A DNA stretch of 64,000 bases from positions 51,460,001 through 51,524,000 of the forward strand of contig OZ024745.1 in NCBI GenBank assembly GCA_964016885.1. Reading direction: 5' to 3'. The notes under the pieces are model-generated. The model searched no databases and had not been told where the DNA came from. It saw only the letters and a program-made list of their open reading frames with translations. A program made the position numbers and the translations under genes. The stretch comes from Eledone cirrhosa. Its lineage: Eukaryota. Positions 26,691 through 42,417 of this stretch are shown here, piece by piece (position 1 is the stretch's first letter; every line of letters starts with the position of its first letter).

Positions 26691-28109
26691 AGATATCCCT
26701 AAGTATTACATTTTGAAATGTTTCAGGATCTCTTGCTTTAGTTTAGGTTTAACGTATCTTTATATTGTTGAATACTGAACTAGAATATTATTGAATTCAG
26801 TATGGTAGATATATATCTGAAATACACACATGTATACAATCACACTCTCACCCACACACTCACATATATATATTATATGTAATATGATTGTAGACGTCGG
26901 AAACATTAATATTAACCCAATATGCACTTCTTTAAAAATATGCAGTAAATTAATAAATAATTGCCAGAAAAATCCAAATCATTCTCCTGCGCTAATAGTA
27001 TTTAATCTCATTACTACTTGGGTGAAACGATATCTTTTCTCCTATCTTTTATGACTATGTGAAACATTTTCTAATTGAAGATAATTTAAGGAACATATGT
27101 TATTATAGAAAATTAGGGTTTCAATTTTAGCGTTACGAACATTTACACGTCTTTGCTGAAACATTTCCTTCGTATCCTTCATAAAATATACTATTTTAGT
27201 GCATATCGTTTATTAAAAGATACACATCGCAAACAACAATAACATAATCTGAATTATATCTCTTTATGAAAAATAATATATCAACTCACAGGACTTTTTA
27301 ACCTCCGAAACCCCCCAAAATAATTGACAACGAATATAATTGTACATTTTATAAATATACTATATTGCTGAAGAAGCAGATGTTTTATTCAAATTAAATA
27401 GAATTCTATATAACGGGGGAAGTCGAATCAGAAATAATAAGAATATCACAATACAATGTAGGGAACAAACAATATTTTTATATGGTTCCTTTGTGTTAAA
27501 CGTAGCGGTTTCCTTCGTAAAATGTGAGCTGGTAAGCATAATGTTAGTCGGGCTTTTAATGTTATTTATACCATTTATAATAATATTTTTGCTGCGGGCT
27601 ATATTAAATATATTTTCACGCCAACGTTAGTATTTTTAAATTGTAATTTAATATAAAGATTTTAAACTGCAAAAGATACATGTCAATAACTGTGTGTATA
27701 TTGATGAACATTTAGAGATGATACCGTTGTGGATTATATCGCAGTCTTGAAATATCTGGCTCGCGTTTTCAATTCAGCAATCTAAAACACTTTAATATTA
27801 AGTAATGAAGAACTGTTTAAGGTCTTATATTTATTTTGTTTTTATGGTTTTATTATTCAATACTTTATTCATAGCATAAATATTGTACAAAATATGCAAT
27901 TGATAATTGTTTTATGATATTTCACATGCAGATATGAAACTGTCATGTGTGAGTAATATGAAATATATTATTTCTAAAAATGCTTGAATCCTATTGGATT
28001 TCTGGAAATATATTTTTCAAATGCTCGCTTAAATGGATAGGAGGATTGTCTGTCACTCACGATAAACATACCCTCCCCCCCACACACATGTATGGGAATC
28101 ATAGGAAAA

Positions 28110-28400
28110 TGAGAAAACTCGTCGAGGGAGTCCCGCGAGTTTGGGTGGCTGTTGCAGCGGATGTCACTGGCCATTGTCCGGAAGAATGCCTTTGCCGTCT
28201 TGAGCGTGGGGCACAGCACTCCTTCCCCCTTGCCCTAGGCCCAAAGACCAATCCACCCTCCCTCCCTCACCCCTTCTCTTCTGCGACACCACAACACTTG
28301 CCATCCCCTCCCTTCCCGTTCTTTTTCTTCTTTCTTTCTCTCTATTTTTCTTTCCTTTTATCTCCCCCCCCCCCTTTTTTTTCCTTACTAAATAAGGTTT
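28110..28400 (+). mobile_element. CRE-like non-LTR retrotransposon 3' fragment
   Basis: Hand translation EFGWLLQRMSLAIVRKNAFAVLS resembles the QRxSxAIxRGNA C-terminal motif of CRE-clade elements; pyrimidine-rich 3' tail. Confidence 0.55.
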
Positions 28401-28619
28401 GTTTATTGCATTAGAAAATAATTGTCATGTTTTATATGAGCTAAAATGAACCGCTGACCGCTGAATATATAGAATAGCGTGTCGGACACATACGCTGGCT
28501 AGCAACTTAGGAAAGCTGTAAGAAATGGTAATTACACATCACAACGTTGAATTAGTTAAGACCAGGCAAATCCAGCAAGTAGGTAGATTGTGAAACAGTC
28601 TCTTAGCTTTCTCTCACTT

Positions 28620-28890
28620 CTTTGTTTGACATTGAAGACAGCTTCATCTCACCTTCCCAAGCAGTGATTAATTGGAAATGACTCGGCGAACAGTGACCAT
28701 TGTCTAGTGGTCAGCAGAGAAACAATCCACAGGTTGGGTAACACACAGATGAAATATGGAAAAGATTGAGAGAGGAGGAGGACATGGAAAAGTCTGTTGG
28801 TGGATAGAAGTGACTGGAAGTAGGAAATTATGAAAGGTGATATCTCACACACACGTTTCACCTCATCAGCTCTCAAGCCAGCAAAATATA
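28620..28890 (+). mobile_element. Possible LINE (RTE-like) 3' coding remnant
   Basis: WKSLLVDRSDWK*EIMKG resembles the RTE C-terminal WxxLAxDRxxWR motif. Confidence 0.3.
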
Positions 28891-29984
28891 TTCGCACGAT
28901 TTAATTGAGAGTGCCATTTTAAAATGCTGGATCTTGCAAAAGAAAAATAAATCTTTCTGCTGGCGTATGAATAAACTCATTAAATATAGTAATTCGTTTT
29001 GGTTATCCTCCACACCATATGCCCCTGAATAATCCGAGGTAATGCCTTCTACGCTTAGGTTCAAATAGTTTCCAAACAAAACATTGAACATTACACATTA
29101 TTATCACTAATTAATTCAAACAAAATAAACTTTATGAGCCAAAATTTACATCCAGCGTATAAATTATCTCATACGTCTCTCATTTACTAAACGTTAATTC
29201 TATTACCAAGTATGAAATATTAAAGCTAGCAAAACAAGACAAAAAAGTGATGCATTAGATTCATAATGCCACATTAATACAACATTATTTGCATTGTATT
29301 CAATCAAAAACATCCCGAAATGAACCAATTTATTCTAACTTCATTGAAAAGAATAATAGGACACATAAAGACTACATTCTATTAAGATAATAACTTTCTT
29401 TCTTTGTATTTAGCGATAAAATAAATCCCAATCATTGCGTAAATAAAATACACATTTCCGTTATAATTCAAATACTGACTGCAAATGGCTTCTAAATATA
29501 TTCCATTATGTTTCAAATATATGCTAACGTTGCTGTGAAGTATTTCCATTTTCGATTTTATTTGCTTCTTTATAGAATAGCTGCTTAACAAACATGCCTA
29601 AAATCAGGATTTCTATAGTAGCATACACGCTCATATACATATATAAGCACATACACAGGCTCACGCACACACGCTCACACACAGCCACATCCTCAAACAC
29701 ATACACACAAAAAGTACAAATACAGGCACGCATCTATAATTCATTGCTAACTATGCGCTAATATACTTCATTCCATTAATTGAATTTGCTGATACCATCG
29801 TGATATATTAAAATGATGGTATTTGTTATGTACATTTATTGTCAACGGCTTGTATTTTTGTTAATAACTATTGTACATTCTAATACGATTGCCGGGCTAC
29901 TCTTCTAAAACTTATTTATACACTGTGTATAATATGTTCTTATAAAATACATAATAGATAATTATATCTGTCTCTCTGAGTAAA

Positions 29985-30017
<33 letters not shown>

Positions 30018-30029
30018 TATATGTGTACA

Positions 30030-30156
<127 letters not shown>

Positions 30157-30829
30157 CTGTGTGTGTGTGTATAGGTGAGAGAATTACAGAGACAGACAAG
30201 TTTTGTTCCATACAATTACAGCGTGACAAAGTTTACCACTTGAATTACAAACATAACGTATTTGTCTGGTTTCCACAAGATTTCAGTCTACACAGTTTTA
30301 CAAGCAATAGTTCAATGTAAGACGGTCTATGGGGAGTTCAGCTAGACACAGTAACTCTGCTAGAGGAACTTGTCGATCATATTCAGTCTCATTTTGACAT
30401 TCTGTTCTCACTTCTTGTTACAGGAAATCGTATCATATCTATTCAGGAAAAACGCTTTCTCGAGTACTAAATCAAATTGATGTGAATTCTTTGAAATCTA
30501 CACTTTACAGTTACAGCAAATATCTACTAGTTACAGCAAATATCAAAGGTGCATCAGAGATCAATGATGCTTTTAGATCACATATCCCTTTTTGTGTACG
30601 TTTAACTTATGAATCATTACATGTTTAGCTGAATTTATACTCTTGACATAGAGGTTCAGGTCATCCACAAAAAATGCTATGCATTATGTTTTCGTTTCTC
30701 TCCTCCTATGAACCGATTACGTATCCTATTACGTATCACTCTATCTTTATTTTTAAATGACAATATAGTTCTCGTTTTCTCTATATAACTTCAAGATAGT
30801 GCCCCCGCCACCCCCTCAAAAAAAAGAGA

Positions 30830-31700
30830 TGTTCTCTATGGTTCGGATTATGGTATCTGGGATTTTATCTAGTGGAAGAGCTTCAAGTAACCAAAAGTGT
30901 TGTACAGAATCAGACCGTAACCATGTCCCACCTATATCACTGCACTTCTGGCATCGTGGTTTTGAGAGCTTCCTGGTAGAGGTTGATAAGATACATACAT
31001 TATACTGATATATAATCGTTATTGTTTTGTAACACCAGTAGACAATCAAGTCTCTTCCTAGTGCTTTCTACTCTGATTGTTTTCGTATCACATTCTCAAT
31101 TACATCATAATCGATGCTGTATATTTCTGGTGGAATGTAGGGGCAATAGTTCGTTCGGATCAATTTCAAGAACATTGCATCGAAGTTGAACTTTGTTTTC
31201 ACACTCCATATTTTTGTACAGAAGGAATCTTTATCTTTCTGTGGCATTTAATGATTACCACACCATATCACTGTAGATCGTGATTTCGTTTCGGCTAAAT
31301 AATCTTATTAATTAATTTCGTTTTAGCCGTCACACTTCCCTGATATCGAGGTTTCTCGCTGGTAGCTCACAATACTTGTTTGAGAGTGATGAACTTGTAT
31401 TGAAGAGATGTCTCCAAACATAAATTCTAATTGTTGTTTCACTCTTTGTTGGTGAGGGATGTAGATTTTGTTTTTGTTTACATATTATACGCATTTCTAG
31501 ATAGCTGATACTGTTGTTGTTTTTTTTCTGTTCTTAGCAACGTCAGCATCTCCAAAACAACGGTATACAGTCGCTGTTAGGGGATGTAGATGAACTATAA
31601 TTTTCCAAAATATTGGGGCTTTGGTTTGACGCTGATAGTCACTTCCGATTTCGTCGATAGAACGCAGTATTTCTTTGTATGATATCGTGTTTAATAGAAG
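30830..31700 (-). mobile_element. Highly decayed PLE coding fragment
   Basis: YQRQTKA, HHQKYTASI and KPRCQKC segments in broken frames. Confidence 0.35.
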
Positions 31701-31767
31701 TTTGTATGCATGTATAAATGAATGTATGTACGTATGTATATAGTATTTATCTCTCTCTTCCCACCCC

Positions 31768-31798
<31 letters not shown>

Positions 31799-31859
31799 TA
31801 TAAATATATATATATACATATATATATATACATATATATATACATAAATATATATATAC

Positions 31860-31933
<74 letters not shown>

Positions 31934-31961
31934 GCATATATATACATACATATATATATAC

Positions 31962-31995
<34 letters not shown>

Positions 31996-32104
31996 TTATA
32001 TATACATATATATATATACATATATATATGTATGTATGTGTATATATGTATATATATATGTATTTATATATGTATGTGTATATATATATATTTATATATG
32101 TATG

Positions 32105-32135
<31 letters not shown>

Positions 32136-32140
32136 GTATG

Positions 32141-32215
<75 letters not shown>

Positions 32216-32381
32216 GTATGTATATATATATGTATATATATGTTGGTATGTATATATATGTATGTATATATATATGTATATATATGTTGGTATGTATTAT
32301 ATATGTATGTATATATATATGTATATATATGTATATATATGTATATATATGAATGTATATATATGAATGTATGTATATATG

Positions 32382-32484
<103 letters not shown>

Positions 32485-32511
32485 GTGTGTGTGTATGTGT
32501 GTGTGTGTGTA

Positions 32512-32766
32512 TGAAATTAAACCGTTAGACAGGTCACTCTAGAACAACTCGAACCCTTGATAAGATTGTAATAGGACCAATATACAATCCATAGTACTAA
32601 AATTTAACCAATTAATATTAATACTCACAACACATGCATATTTGAATATTACCAGAACAATTATCACACTACATCCACCATACACATGCTTTTCATACAC
32701 AGGCATCTGTGTCTGCTTAATATTCTTTTATACCTGTATTGTATTATGTGATACCTTTGCCATACT

Positions 32767-32815
<49 letters not shown>

Positions 32816-33230
32816 GCTTAGTACCATTGCTTGTTTCTTACCTGGTTATTCTGTGCATGCCTAACACATCTGCACTCTTTCTATACGCTGGCATATGAAC
32901 TGCAAATATCCTAGTTTTGTGAGTAACTTTCTTCTTAATTCCTCTATAATGGTTGCATTATTCTATTCTAATCTTTGTCGTATCCACTGATACTGACCAC
33001 ATCATCTTTCCTCTTTAAATATGACACTGTTAATGACAACACTAACATCTATGTATCTTTACGATTGTTTTGTGGAATAGGAGGTTAATTATATGTCTAA
33101 ACTTTGCTAGTGCTCCGATGAAACCAATCGAATGTTTGTAAGAAACGATTGTCAGCAATAAAATGTTTTGAACATAGTTTTGATTATTCTGCAATTTATA
33201 TTCCGGCTAGTATAAATAATATTTTATTAT
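32512..33230 (+). mobile_element. PLE 3' fragment between (TA)n tracts
   Basis: HHR at 33111 followed by AATAAA; microsatellite flanks. Confidence 0.45.
33111..33157 (+). ncRNA. Hammerhead ribozyme-like motif (U4>C core, poor helix II)
   Basis: tgct-CCGATGA-...-GAAA-cgattg-TC-agca; helix I tgct/agca, GUC triplet. Confidence 0.55.
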
Positions 33231-33254
33231 TATGTATATACATAGATATATATA

Positions 33255-33771
33255 TATGCATGGGTTAACCATGATCCGCTAGGTGGTTCTCCCAGAGTGA
33301 GGCTCTTCCATTGCACTGCGGTTGGGTTGACCTTTGCGATCGCCCCAAATGTTGTATGTATGTTGGGAGAGATGACCCCTTAGCCTTTGTCAAGGCAGAA
33401 TTCTAGGAGAAGGAAAACTCTGATATAACACCTGCAACCCTGATGGTATCCAATGATGTTGACTTGTTCTTCTTTTTGGTAAATATCATCTTGGTTAAGA
33501 GAGTGGGACTGGCTTTGTGCAGTGCCTTTGCTCACTATAAAAGCTTCACAGCACAGGAATTGCTTTATATCTAGAGATCTCCCTGCACTTGTCGTCACAT
33601 GGTACCATGGGCCCAGCACTATGTGTCAATAATTGTCACAAGTGTAGTGTTTGTACCAGAGTTTCCAAGTCGGTGGCTGGACTAAAAAGTCACACTTGTT
33701 CAGCGCATCGGTAGGGTTTCTCCTACATGGATATAAAGCAGTGGCCGTACTCGAAAACGAGTTGGCAGCCA

Positions 33772-33772
<1 letters not shown>
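33255..33772 (+). mobile_element. Probable RTE-type 5'-UTR-derived repeat
   Basis: GC-richer block between TA tracts with ggagaaggaaaactctgat, a motif typical of RTE 5' UTRs. Confidence 0.35.
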
Positions 33773-33827
<55 letters not shown>

Positions 33828-33830
<3 letters not shown>

Positions 33831-34021
33831 AACGAGTAGGTCCCCGACGGCTGAGCTCAAGCCGTCTCGACGGCCAATTCTGCGTCCAGAATTGGCCGTC
33901 GAGACGGCTTGATCTCAGCTGTCGGGGTCCTACTCGTTCCTAATACCCACTCTACTACCCTAAGTATTGAGTATTTTGGTGCGTTATGGTCCATCTGGTT
34001 CCTTACCACATTTCCTACGTT
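33828..34021. mobile_element. Family-A hairpin element (opposite orientation to 13185)
   Basis: Hairpin 33827-33942 plus tail; (TA)n on both sides. Confidence 0.85.
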
Positions 34022-34586
34022 ATATATATATATATATATATACGCGTGTGCGTGCGTGTGTGTGTTTATGTTTGTGTGTGTGTAGTGAAAATATGTTTCT
34101 ATTCTTCAAGGATTACGATCGTAATTTAGGAGTTTCCTTAACTGGAGCGGTGTCACTTTGCTTTCCTGCACAAAAAGAAAGTTCGTGGCCCGTTGCTCAT
34201 CTTTCGCTACTGAAAATGTATAGCAGCAACACGTGAATGGTAGGTCTGAGATTATCTTCTCTCTACCCTAGTAGAGAATCTAGTATGTATTGCCAGTCAC
34301 CTATATTATTTTTGCCTTTGAAACCTTCACTGGTCATTGACATATGGCGCTAATAAAACCTAAACATATCGTATATAACATATGGCATATGGTTTCATAT
34401 ACATTATTTTCTATGATTAACCCTAACCAATGACATTCGCACTATATACAAAGGAACATCTCACGTCGGCATTTATTAGACTAAATCTTATAGGTATTAG
34501 CACTTTTTCATTTGAATAGGGAGCGAGTAAATGTTCGGATCTAGTTGTCGAAAAGACCCGAGCTCAGACGTTGGGGTCCTGAATAT

Positions 34587-34634
<48 letters not shown>

Positions 34635-34705
34635 ATACTTTGGGAGGGTCATGTTGCCAATAAGAAACACACGCACCAGATGCTTTCACTTCAATTTCAG
34701 AAACG

Positions 34706-34781
<76 letters not shown>

Positions 34782-35202
34782 TCACACACAAAATTTATTG
34801 CGGATGACTATTCCATATTATAAATCTAATGTAATATGTAATATATGGGAATTTCTATATTGGTGGATGTAGAAATGGGTTGCTATTAATTTACTAAAGG
34901 TTCCAGAATTATCAAACGGTTATTACCATTAGTTAATGCATCATACGTTATACATTTCACATGGGCCGCCAATCTGTTGTTTCAATAAATATTCATGGCA
35001 TAATCAACAAAATATATTCAATCGATAGTCGCCGCCATACAGTGAGATCCGTTCTAAATTTCAGTCTACGAATATTAATTACTTATTTGCAATTTAATAC
35101 ATTCACATGGCCAAATAATAACGTTTATACGTTTTGAAATTGCATTAGTCAATAGACACACACATACACACACACACACACACACTCACATACACATATA
35201 TG

Positions 35203-35277
<75 letters not shown>

Positions 35278-35346
35278 CGTGTATGTGCGTGTGTGTGTGC
35301 GTATATTTATATATGTGTAAATATACATATTTATACATGTGTAAAT

Positions 35347-35416
<70 letters not shown>

Positions 35417-36637
35417 GTACATACACGCATATATACATACTTTCATACATTCATATATACATTCATTCATACATAAATACATACATATATATATCTAAAG
35501 AGACAGGTGACTGCATATGAAATATGTAAATGACATGTTGTTCACTGATGTCAATTATTTTCTAGCAATGAATGATCTGCATCCATTTTATATATGCCAA
35601 TATTTCAATTGCCGAATTGCATGCCTGCCTCTGAATTCAGTCATAAACAGACATTAACCAATAATGGAAAGTTGTAATAATTCTCAAAGGTTAATTTGCT
35701 TCAGGTTATAAACATTTGAGTGTTCATACAATTGACTAAGATAAAATGAATATATCTGTGCTATTAAAATCACCAGACAACATAGAAAATGCTTGTTGTT
35801 GTGTTCCAATTTTGTCTTGTATAGAAAGCATTTACAGAGAGTATGAGGAAATTTCGTAAAACAAGTGATGTACATTTTAGATTGAGAGGCAAATTACAAT
35901 TCATACACGAAATAGTATATTTTATACCAGTGTGAAGAAGCTCTAAAGAGATCGGGACAGAAGCTTTTCAGAGAAGACTACTATTCATTTCAAATTTCTT
36001 AACAAGAAAGGCAGTGAATATTTTGATTCAATTTTCAGAAAATTATGATATATATATTCTCAAAATTGCTAGGTTTCCAAATATGACGCCTATAATTAAA
36101 TGTAAATCCAATAGCATAGAATGTCGCAGCAAACAAATCAGTGTTAGGTTACATAAAGGTGTGCCATGACAATAAATGAAATTTATACAACTATTATATG
36201 AACATCTTCCATTCTTCAAACTGTAGGTTTTTATTAAATCAGTTCATTGAAATCCTTACTAATAGATACAAGGTATGATCTATCAACTTGAATATATTAA
36301 ACAAATATATTAATAAACGCATACATTGACACATAAAGTACGCATATATGGCAAACAGATCAACTGTTCAGGTAATTAAACTTTCATAAGTAGAAGGATT
36401 TAATACTCGTATTCGTATTGATAAAATTTATGTAACGAACAAAGGATTTTATAGATATGCGAGGATACAAAACCTCACTTATCCTGCAAACATATGTTCT
36501 TAAAATCAAATACTAATATGAATGAAATTAATAGAATAATTCTGTTTACAACACTACCAAAACAATCATTACCAATGATTTTTTTTCTTTTTGTTGCAAT
36601 ATTGACAAAATGTATAGTTATACAGAAATATATCAAC

Positions 36638-37467
36638 TCTTCTTCTTGGCGGGTCCTGAAACAACCACCTTCAACGGATCCGGCCGAATAGTTATGCGAA
36701 ACCAGCCAAGCAATGCTTCCAGCGGATCCTGACAGAAGCAACCGTCTCCAACGGATCTAGGTGGATCCCCAAGTGAGACCAACCAAGCTTGTGGATGCTA
36801 TCCAACCATCTTGCTCTGGGTCTATACTTGGATCTTCTGTCGGGTAGTTTTGTCAAGCGATTCTTTCCTGAGACATTCTAATCACATGCCCATTATATCG
36901 GAACTGCGATTTCTCAATTCTCAAAAGTAGTGGCTCTACCTGGAATGACTAATTGATCTCTGAGCTTCCCACTCTATCGAGTAACCTTACTCCAGAACCG
37001 TTCGGAGGAACCCCACTTCCACCGCTTGTATTCGCGATCGTATTCCTTTGGACATTACAAAAGATAGATGACATTAGCTAAGGGTTGGCACGAATACTGA
37101 ATAGAAGTTTGGCTTTTACGTCTACCTTCCGTCTTCTGATCACTGAATGCTGAAGCTGGCGCATTATTGAACCAGCTCCGGCCCTGGAGTTACTTGAACG
37201 TCAACATCTGCTTCAGTGGAACTCGACTTACATGTAGAGTGCACTGTGCAGGCTTCCTTCAGAGGACGGTCGTCACAATTTTTGCAGCACTGATTTTCAT
37301 TTCAGCCATGCAGCACTCGCCATCAAACTTATTGAGTTAAGTAACATAATGTCTTCTGCAAATTCCAGCCTACTGATTTTATACTCGCCAGTCATGATAC
37401 CACTGCCAACACTGCTGCGCATGTCAGTTTTGTTCATGTAGATAATGAACAGGTGAGGTGATAGTAC
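36638..37467 (-). mobile_element. RTE-clade LINE 3' fragment
   Basis: Homologous to 25330-26130; rc includes LSPHLFIIYMNK and EFAEDIMLL. Confidence 0.8.
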
Positions 37468-38757
37468 GAATATGATGTTATTTCGTAGAAATTAAATTAC
37501 TTTAGAATAGTTGAAAGTTTCAGCATTTAGAAGATAGCGATTGTGCACACTACGACATATATATAGATACGGATGCGCCCTAGGTTTAAATTTAGCGAGT
37601 AATGTTTCTCGGTATGACATATGGAAATCCATGTATTTATTCATATATAAGAGTAAGATTGACGTTGTGCATTAGTTATACATAAAAAAAGACAATTGAA
37701 CTAATTACGTGATTTATATTAATCATGTTATAGAAAGTATATTAATTTTTTTGTTTTATTTCATTATATATATCCAATATAACTATGTAGTGTATGATCA
37801 TGTGGTGAAGGAGATATTGTTTCAAAACGTAAATACGAAATACTACAGTTAAATAAAGGAATTTACACAATTTTCATAAATAAATAAATAATAATTTTCA
37901 AAATATAATAATACAGTAAAAAACAAAAGGGTGTATGCAATAACATCTATATGGATAAAACGGTAATGGGTGTATTAGATAAATATGATTTGCCATATAT
38001 ATTATATATACATTATATTTTTTGCTATATAATTGTGAAACCGAATAAGTTTTCGAATATTAATGACCTTAATATGAATATATACAAATATAATATATAT
38101 TTACACATCGATAAATTAAATAAATAATAAAGTGTAAATATATATTTAAGAGGCGGCTACTATATTGTAATATGTTTATGATTATGTGTTACATTCTGCT
38201 AGGATAACTAGAATATCAATACATGTGTATTTTAAAGCATAGTTCATGTGTTTCACGCACAAGTGAAACACATTCACACACACACACACACATACACACA
38301 AAGGTATATATGTGTATGTGTGTGTGTGTATATATGTATATACATATATATATATATATGTGTGTGTGTATGTGCGTGTGTGTGTGTGTGTGTTTGTGTG
38401 TGTGCGTGTATGATAAAATAAGTTTCCTTTATATATCCCTCATCTGTAAATATATTGAAAAATGAAGTTGAAAATACAATTTTCTAATTGCATTTTCAAC
38501 TTCATGTTTTCAATTTTTAAGATTTATTTACACAAATCAGTATCATGATATTCAAATATTAAGTGAGATGGAGATATATATGGCTATGCCGTAATTTGTC
38601 TCACATCTAACTGGGATTGGAAATTCTTTCCGTTTTGTGCAAAAAGAGGCTTAGATTGGTATACGAGTTGCTTCCTTGAAGATGAAAACGGGATTAGGCA
38701 TAGAATTTTTAAGAGGATTTTGCATCAGATATTGGGATTGTCATGGTTCCGTGAATG

Positions 38758-38874
<117 letters not shown>

Positions 38875-40954
38875 CTTATAACATCTTTTTATCTTTTTGA
38901 TTTAATTATTAATGATAGCGACAAAGAAATTTTGTTTATAAACATTAATATATACACTAAAAGAATGAGAGAATAAGAAGAATCGAAGTCAATGTTGCCG
39001 CATATATGTAGAAACTTTATTGGACATATCAAAATTGTTTCGATATCGATTATCTCAGGCTGCAATGATAAGGACGGAGCTGCACTCCTCATCGACATTT
39101 CCTCAGATATGCGAGTTTATATGTGCAAAGACACTATATTTACACTCTGCACACTACACCAGCCTTATCTCTGGAATACAACCCAACACGGGATGGGACT
39201 CGTTACAGAACTGACAGCTTCGAACGGCGCACCCAACTAACACAGAAACACGTACATAGACACACACAGACGCACACAGACACACACCCACATATACATA
39301 TATATGTGTAAATGTGTATGTGTAGAAATATATTTTTTGTTTCCTGCTGCGTCGGGATATGAAGGGTCTAATGACAGCAATTAACATTAAAAAAACATTT
39401 GTGAGATTAGTTGAAGAAAGGAACATTTTAAAGGAAACACTCTTCTCTTTGCATATCCTGCATTATTCTAGCAAATAAAAAATAAACGTTCACAGAATGA
39501 CTATTTTACACCACAAGCATATGAAAAAGGTATAGTATTTATGTTAGTTCCTACACTAAGACATTTATGAGATATTCCTAACCTCCTCTAGTTGACAATA
39601 TGTGGAGACATGAATATCGTATTTGGAACTTATACGCATCCACAACAACAATATGCGTCTTCGATTTCTGAAAGATGAAAATATAATTTCACATGTGAAA
39701 TTATTATTCAATAGTGTGAATTGTTCTCTAATAGCGAACTTAATGTAGGATTTTTTTCTCATTTAAAACATTTTTTAATGAAAGTTGCAAATACAAACCT
39801 CTAAAATATTCAGTGATAGAACAACTTAGGAATCTTAGCGATGCATGATAACCATGTTAGAATTTGCAACTAAAAAGAAAACGCTCATATCACTCTAAAT
39901 TGCTTACTGAACTGTTTTATTTTTATTCAAAATCTAAACAAAAATGTCACTAAAAGCAGCCAACAATGATCACAAAGCAAATCTTACTAATACAGAAGTG
40001 AGACAAATGGTGGGAATAATATGTTGAAAAAACTGTTGACGAAAATATTTCTTTTATATTTGCATTTATTAAATTTATTTTATTGTTCTTATCAATATTT
40101 GCTGTCGAGGATTAGGGTCCTATAACGTTAAAGACGCTCACCATGTATGATATTTATTCCTTACTAGTACGACTGGGAATAGTTGCTTTACATAGCATCT
40201 GCATAACAATGTGTTAACTGGAAACGTAAATTTACTGCAGAAGCTAGTATATAAAATACAATATCGATTATTAGAATCTAGGTTAGAATATGAACGAGTG
40301 ATGCATTTCCTACTAAAAGGAGCCAGTGATGATTACAGAAGTTCTTTATTATTAACTAGAGGAAAAACGAAAAACGAATTGCATTGATATAGAATGGAAA
40401 ATTCATGAATTCCATAGAATTAAAATAAGTGAACGATCAAATGGACAGCTACAAAATATGTTTAATACATCGTGTTTCTATGCTACTATAACTGAAATTT
40501 AAAGAAAATATTAACAGAATGTATAATCTGAATGTTGAGCATATTATATATTAATTTGACAAGAAACATATGCTTTTCAATTTTCGGCGTCTGATTTATA
40601 GCTGAATTGTAGGAATTTATAGGTACATTCGATTGCGTGTATTAAACATAATTGTGTGAGAAGAATATATGATTGAAAAAAGAAAAAAATCAGACAAATT
40701 ATTTTCGTTTTCCACAATAAAATAATGCAACGAACACTACTTTTGGATGGAGTAACGCACGAACAGAAAATAGTTGTTTCATCGTGTGAAGAAAAGACAT
40801 ATTATTCTGAGTTATTCCGTAGATAATAGTTAGCTTATGTACAATTTAAAATTATTATCTGAAATAAAACATTTTCCTTCATAGAATGAAGATTTAGAAA
40901 TTCTTTAATATGATTCCCATCTTGTATAATACACACTTGCAAGTTATTTAGAAT

Positions 40955-41265
40955 TTAGACACGTCTTCGATGTTGTCAGCGTGCTCGAAAATATTACACA
41001 AACTTCCTTATCATGTTTTGACATTTCCTCGAGCAGAGAGTGTTACTTCTCTCTTTTTATCTGGAATTCAATTTCAACATCTCTCAAGTCTCAGGATAGT
41101 AATTTGTTTCAAGAAATACATATATTTCCCTGATATTTCTCTATAAAAGTTTGACATTTATGAGTCAACATTAACAATATGCCTATTGAGCCAAAGTACT
41201 CTAATAATAATGTATTTTACTGCGATTTTACTATCTTGGAAAATTTATCGATAGATTATAGATAT
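40955..41265 (+). pseudogene. Possible decayed LRR-protein remnant
   Basis: CSKILHKLPYHVLTFPRAESVTSLFLSGIQFQHL then PIEPK..VFYCDFTILENLSIDY; resembles LRRNT plus LxxLxLxxNxF/I. Confidence 0.4.
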
Positions 41266-41420
41266 CGTTTCTTATTCATAAACAAAATGTATTCAGTCAC
41301 ACAAGAATATAGCAGTTATCTAGTTATATGTATATATGCATCTATCTATCTCTCACCATTTCTTTCTCAATACACAGACGCAAACACACACACACACACA
41401 TAATCACCCACTATGTATGA

Positions 41421-41474
<54 letters not shown>

Positions 41475-41501
41475 GTTGGTGTGTGTGTTTATGTGTGTGT
41501 G

Positions 41502-41548
<47 letters not shown>

Positions 41549-42386
41549 GCAAATATATGTTTCTATTCGTGGGCTTAAAAAAGTTTAAAAACTTATCCAA
41601 TGAATATATTTTTGTATATTCTATGCAAGTATTGGAGAACATCATGCAAAAAGTAACGTATCCTTCTTTCTCAGATTTGAACACATTTCCGTGTATATTA
41701 TTAGATGTTTGCAAAGCGTTTGTGTAAGGCATGTACATTTTAATTGCATAATTGTATTTTTTATTAGCTCCAGTCCATACGCCTTCTTACAATACCCATG
41801 AAATTGCATTGTTTGCCAGGGAAACTCATCAGATGTTAATTTTCGTGGAAAATACGATAATTTTTTCCCACATTTATCCTTTAATTTACAAATTTAAGGA
41901 TAGAAAAAATATATATACAGGTATATACATGTATATATACATATATTTATACATGTATTTACAAATTTAAGTTGTCACGACTCAACCACTTTATATGAGA
42001 TAAATTTAGGAAATGTTAACTGGATATGCCTATGTAAAATCGGGACTTTCATTAACATGGAATCTTTTGCTGGAAATATATCATCCCCCACATATAAATG
42101 TATTACAATCTAATATCACAGCGCTGCTGGTTGCTTTTGTAAAGATTGTATAACAGCTCCACACTTGTGTCACGGAAATACATATTATCCAATAAATTCG
42201 ATTATGTAGCATCTGTCTTAACGGTTATTTCATACATAGAATCTCCACCGCGCTTAATCACCATCGTGTTGTGATCTTAACGGCTTAAACCTGTTTAGAA
42301 ACGCGACATCATCACACAATTTGTAACGATAAGCAACACAGTCATTAGCAACTATACATACATACATACATACATACATAAATACA

Positions 42387-42417
<31 letters not shown>

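Noticed and set aside
38992-39240. 82-aa ORF as host exon
   Set aside because: No recognisable domain or convincing splice context
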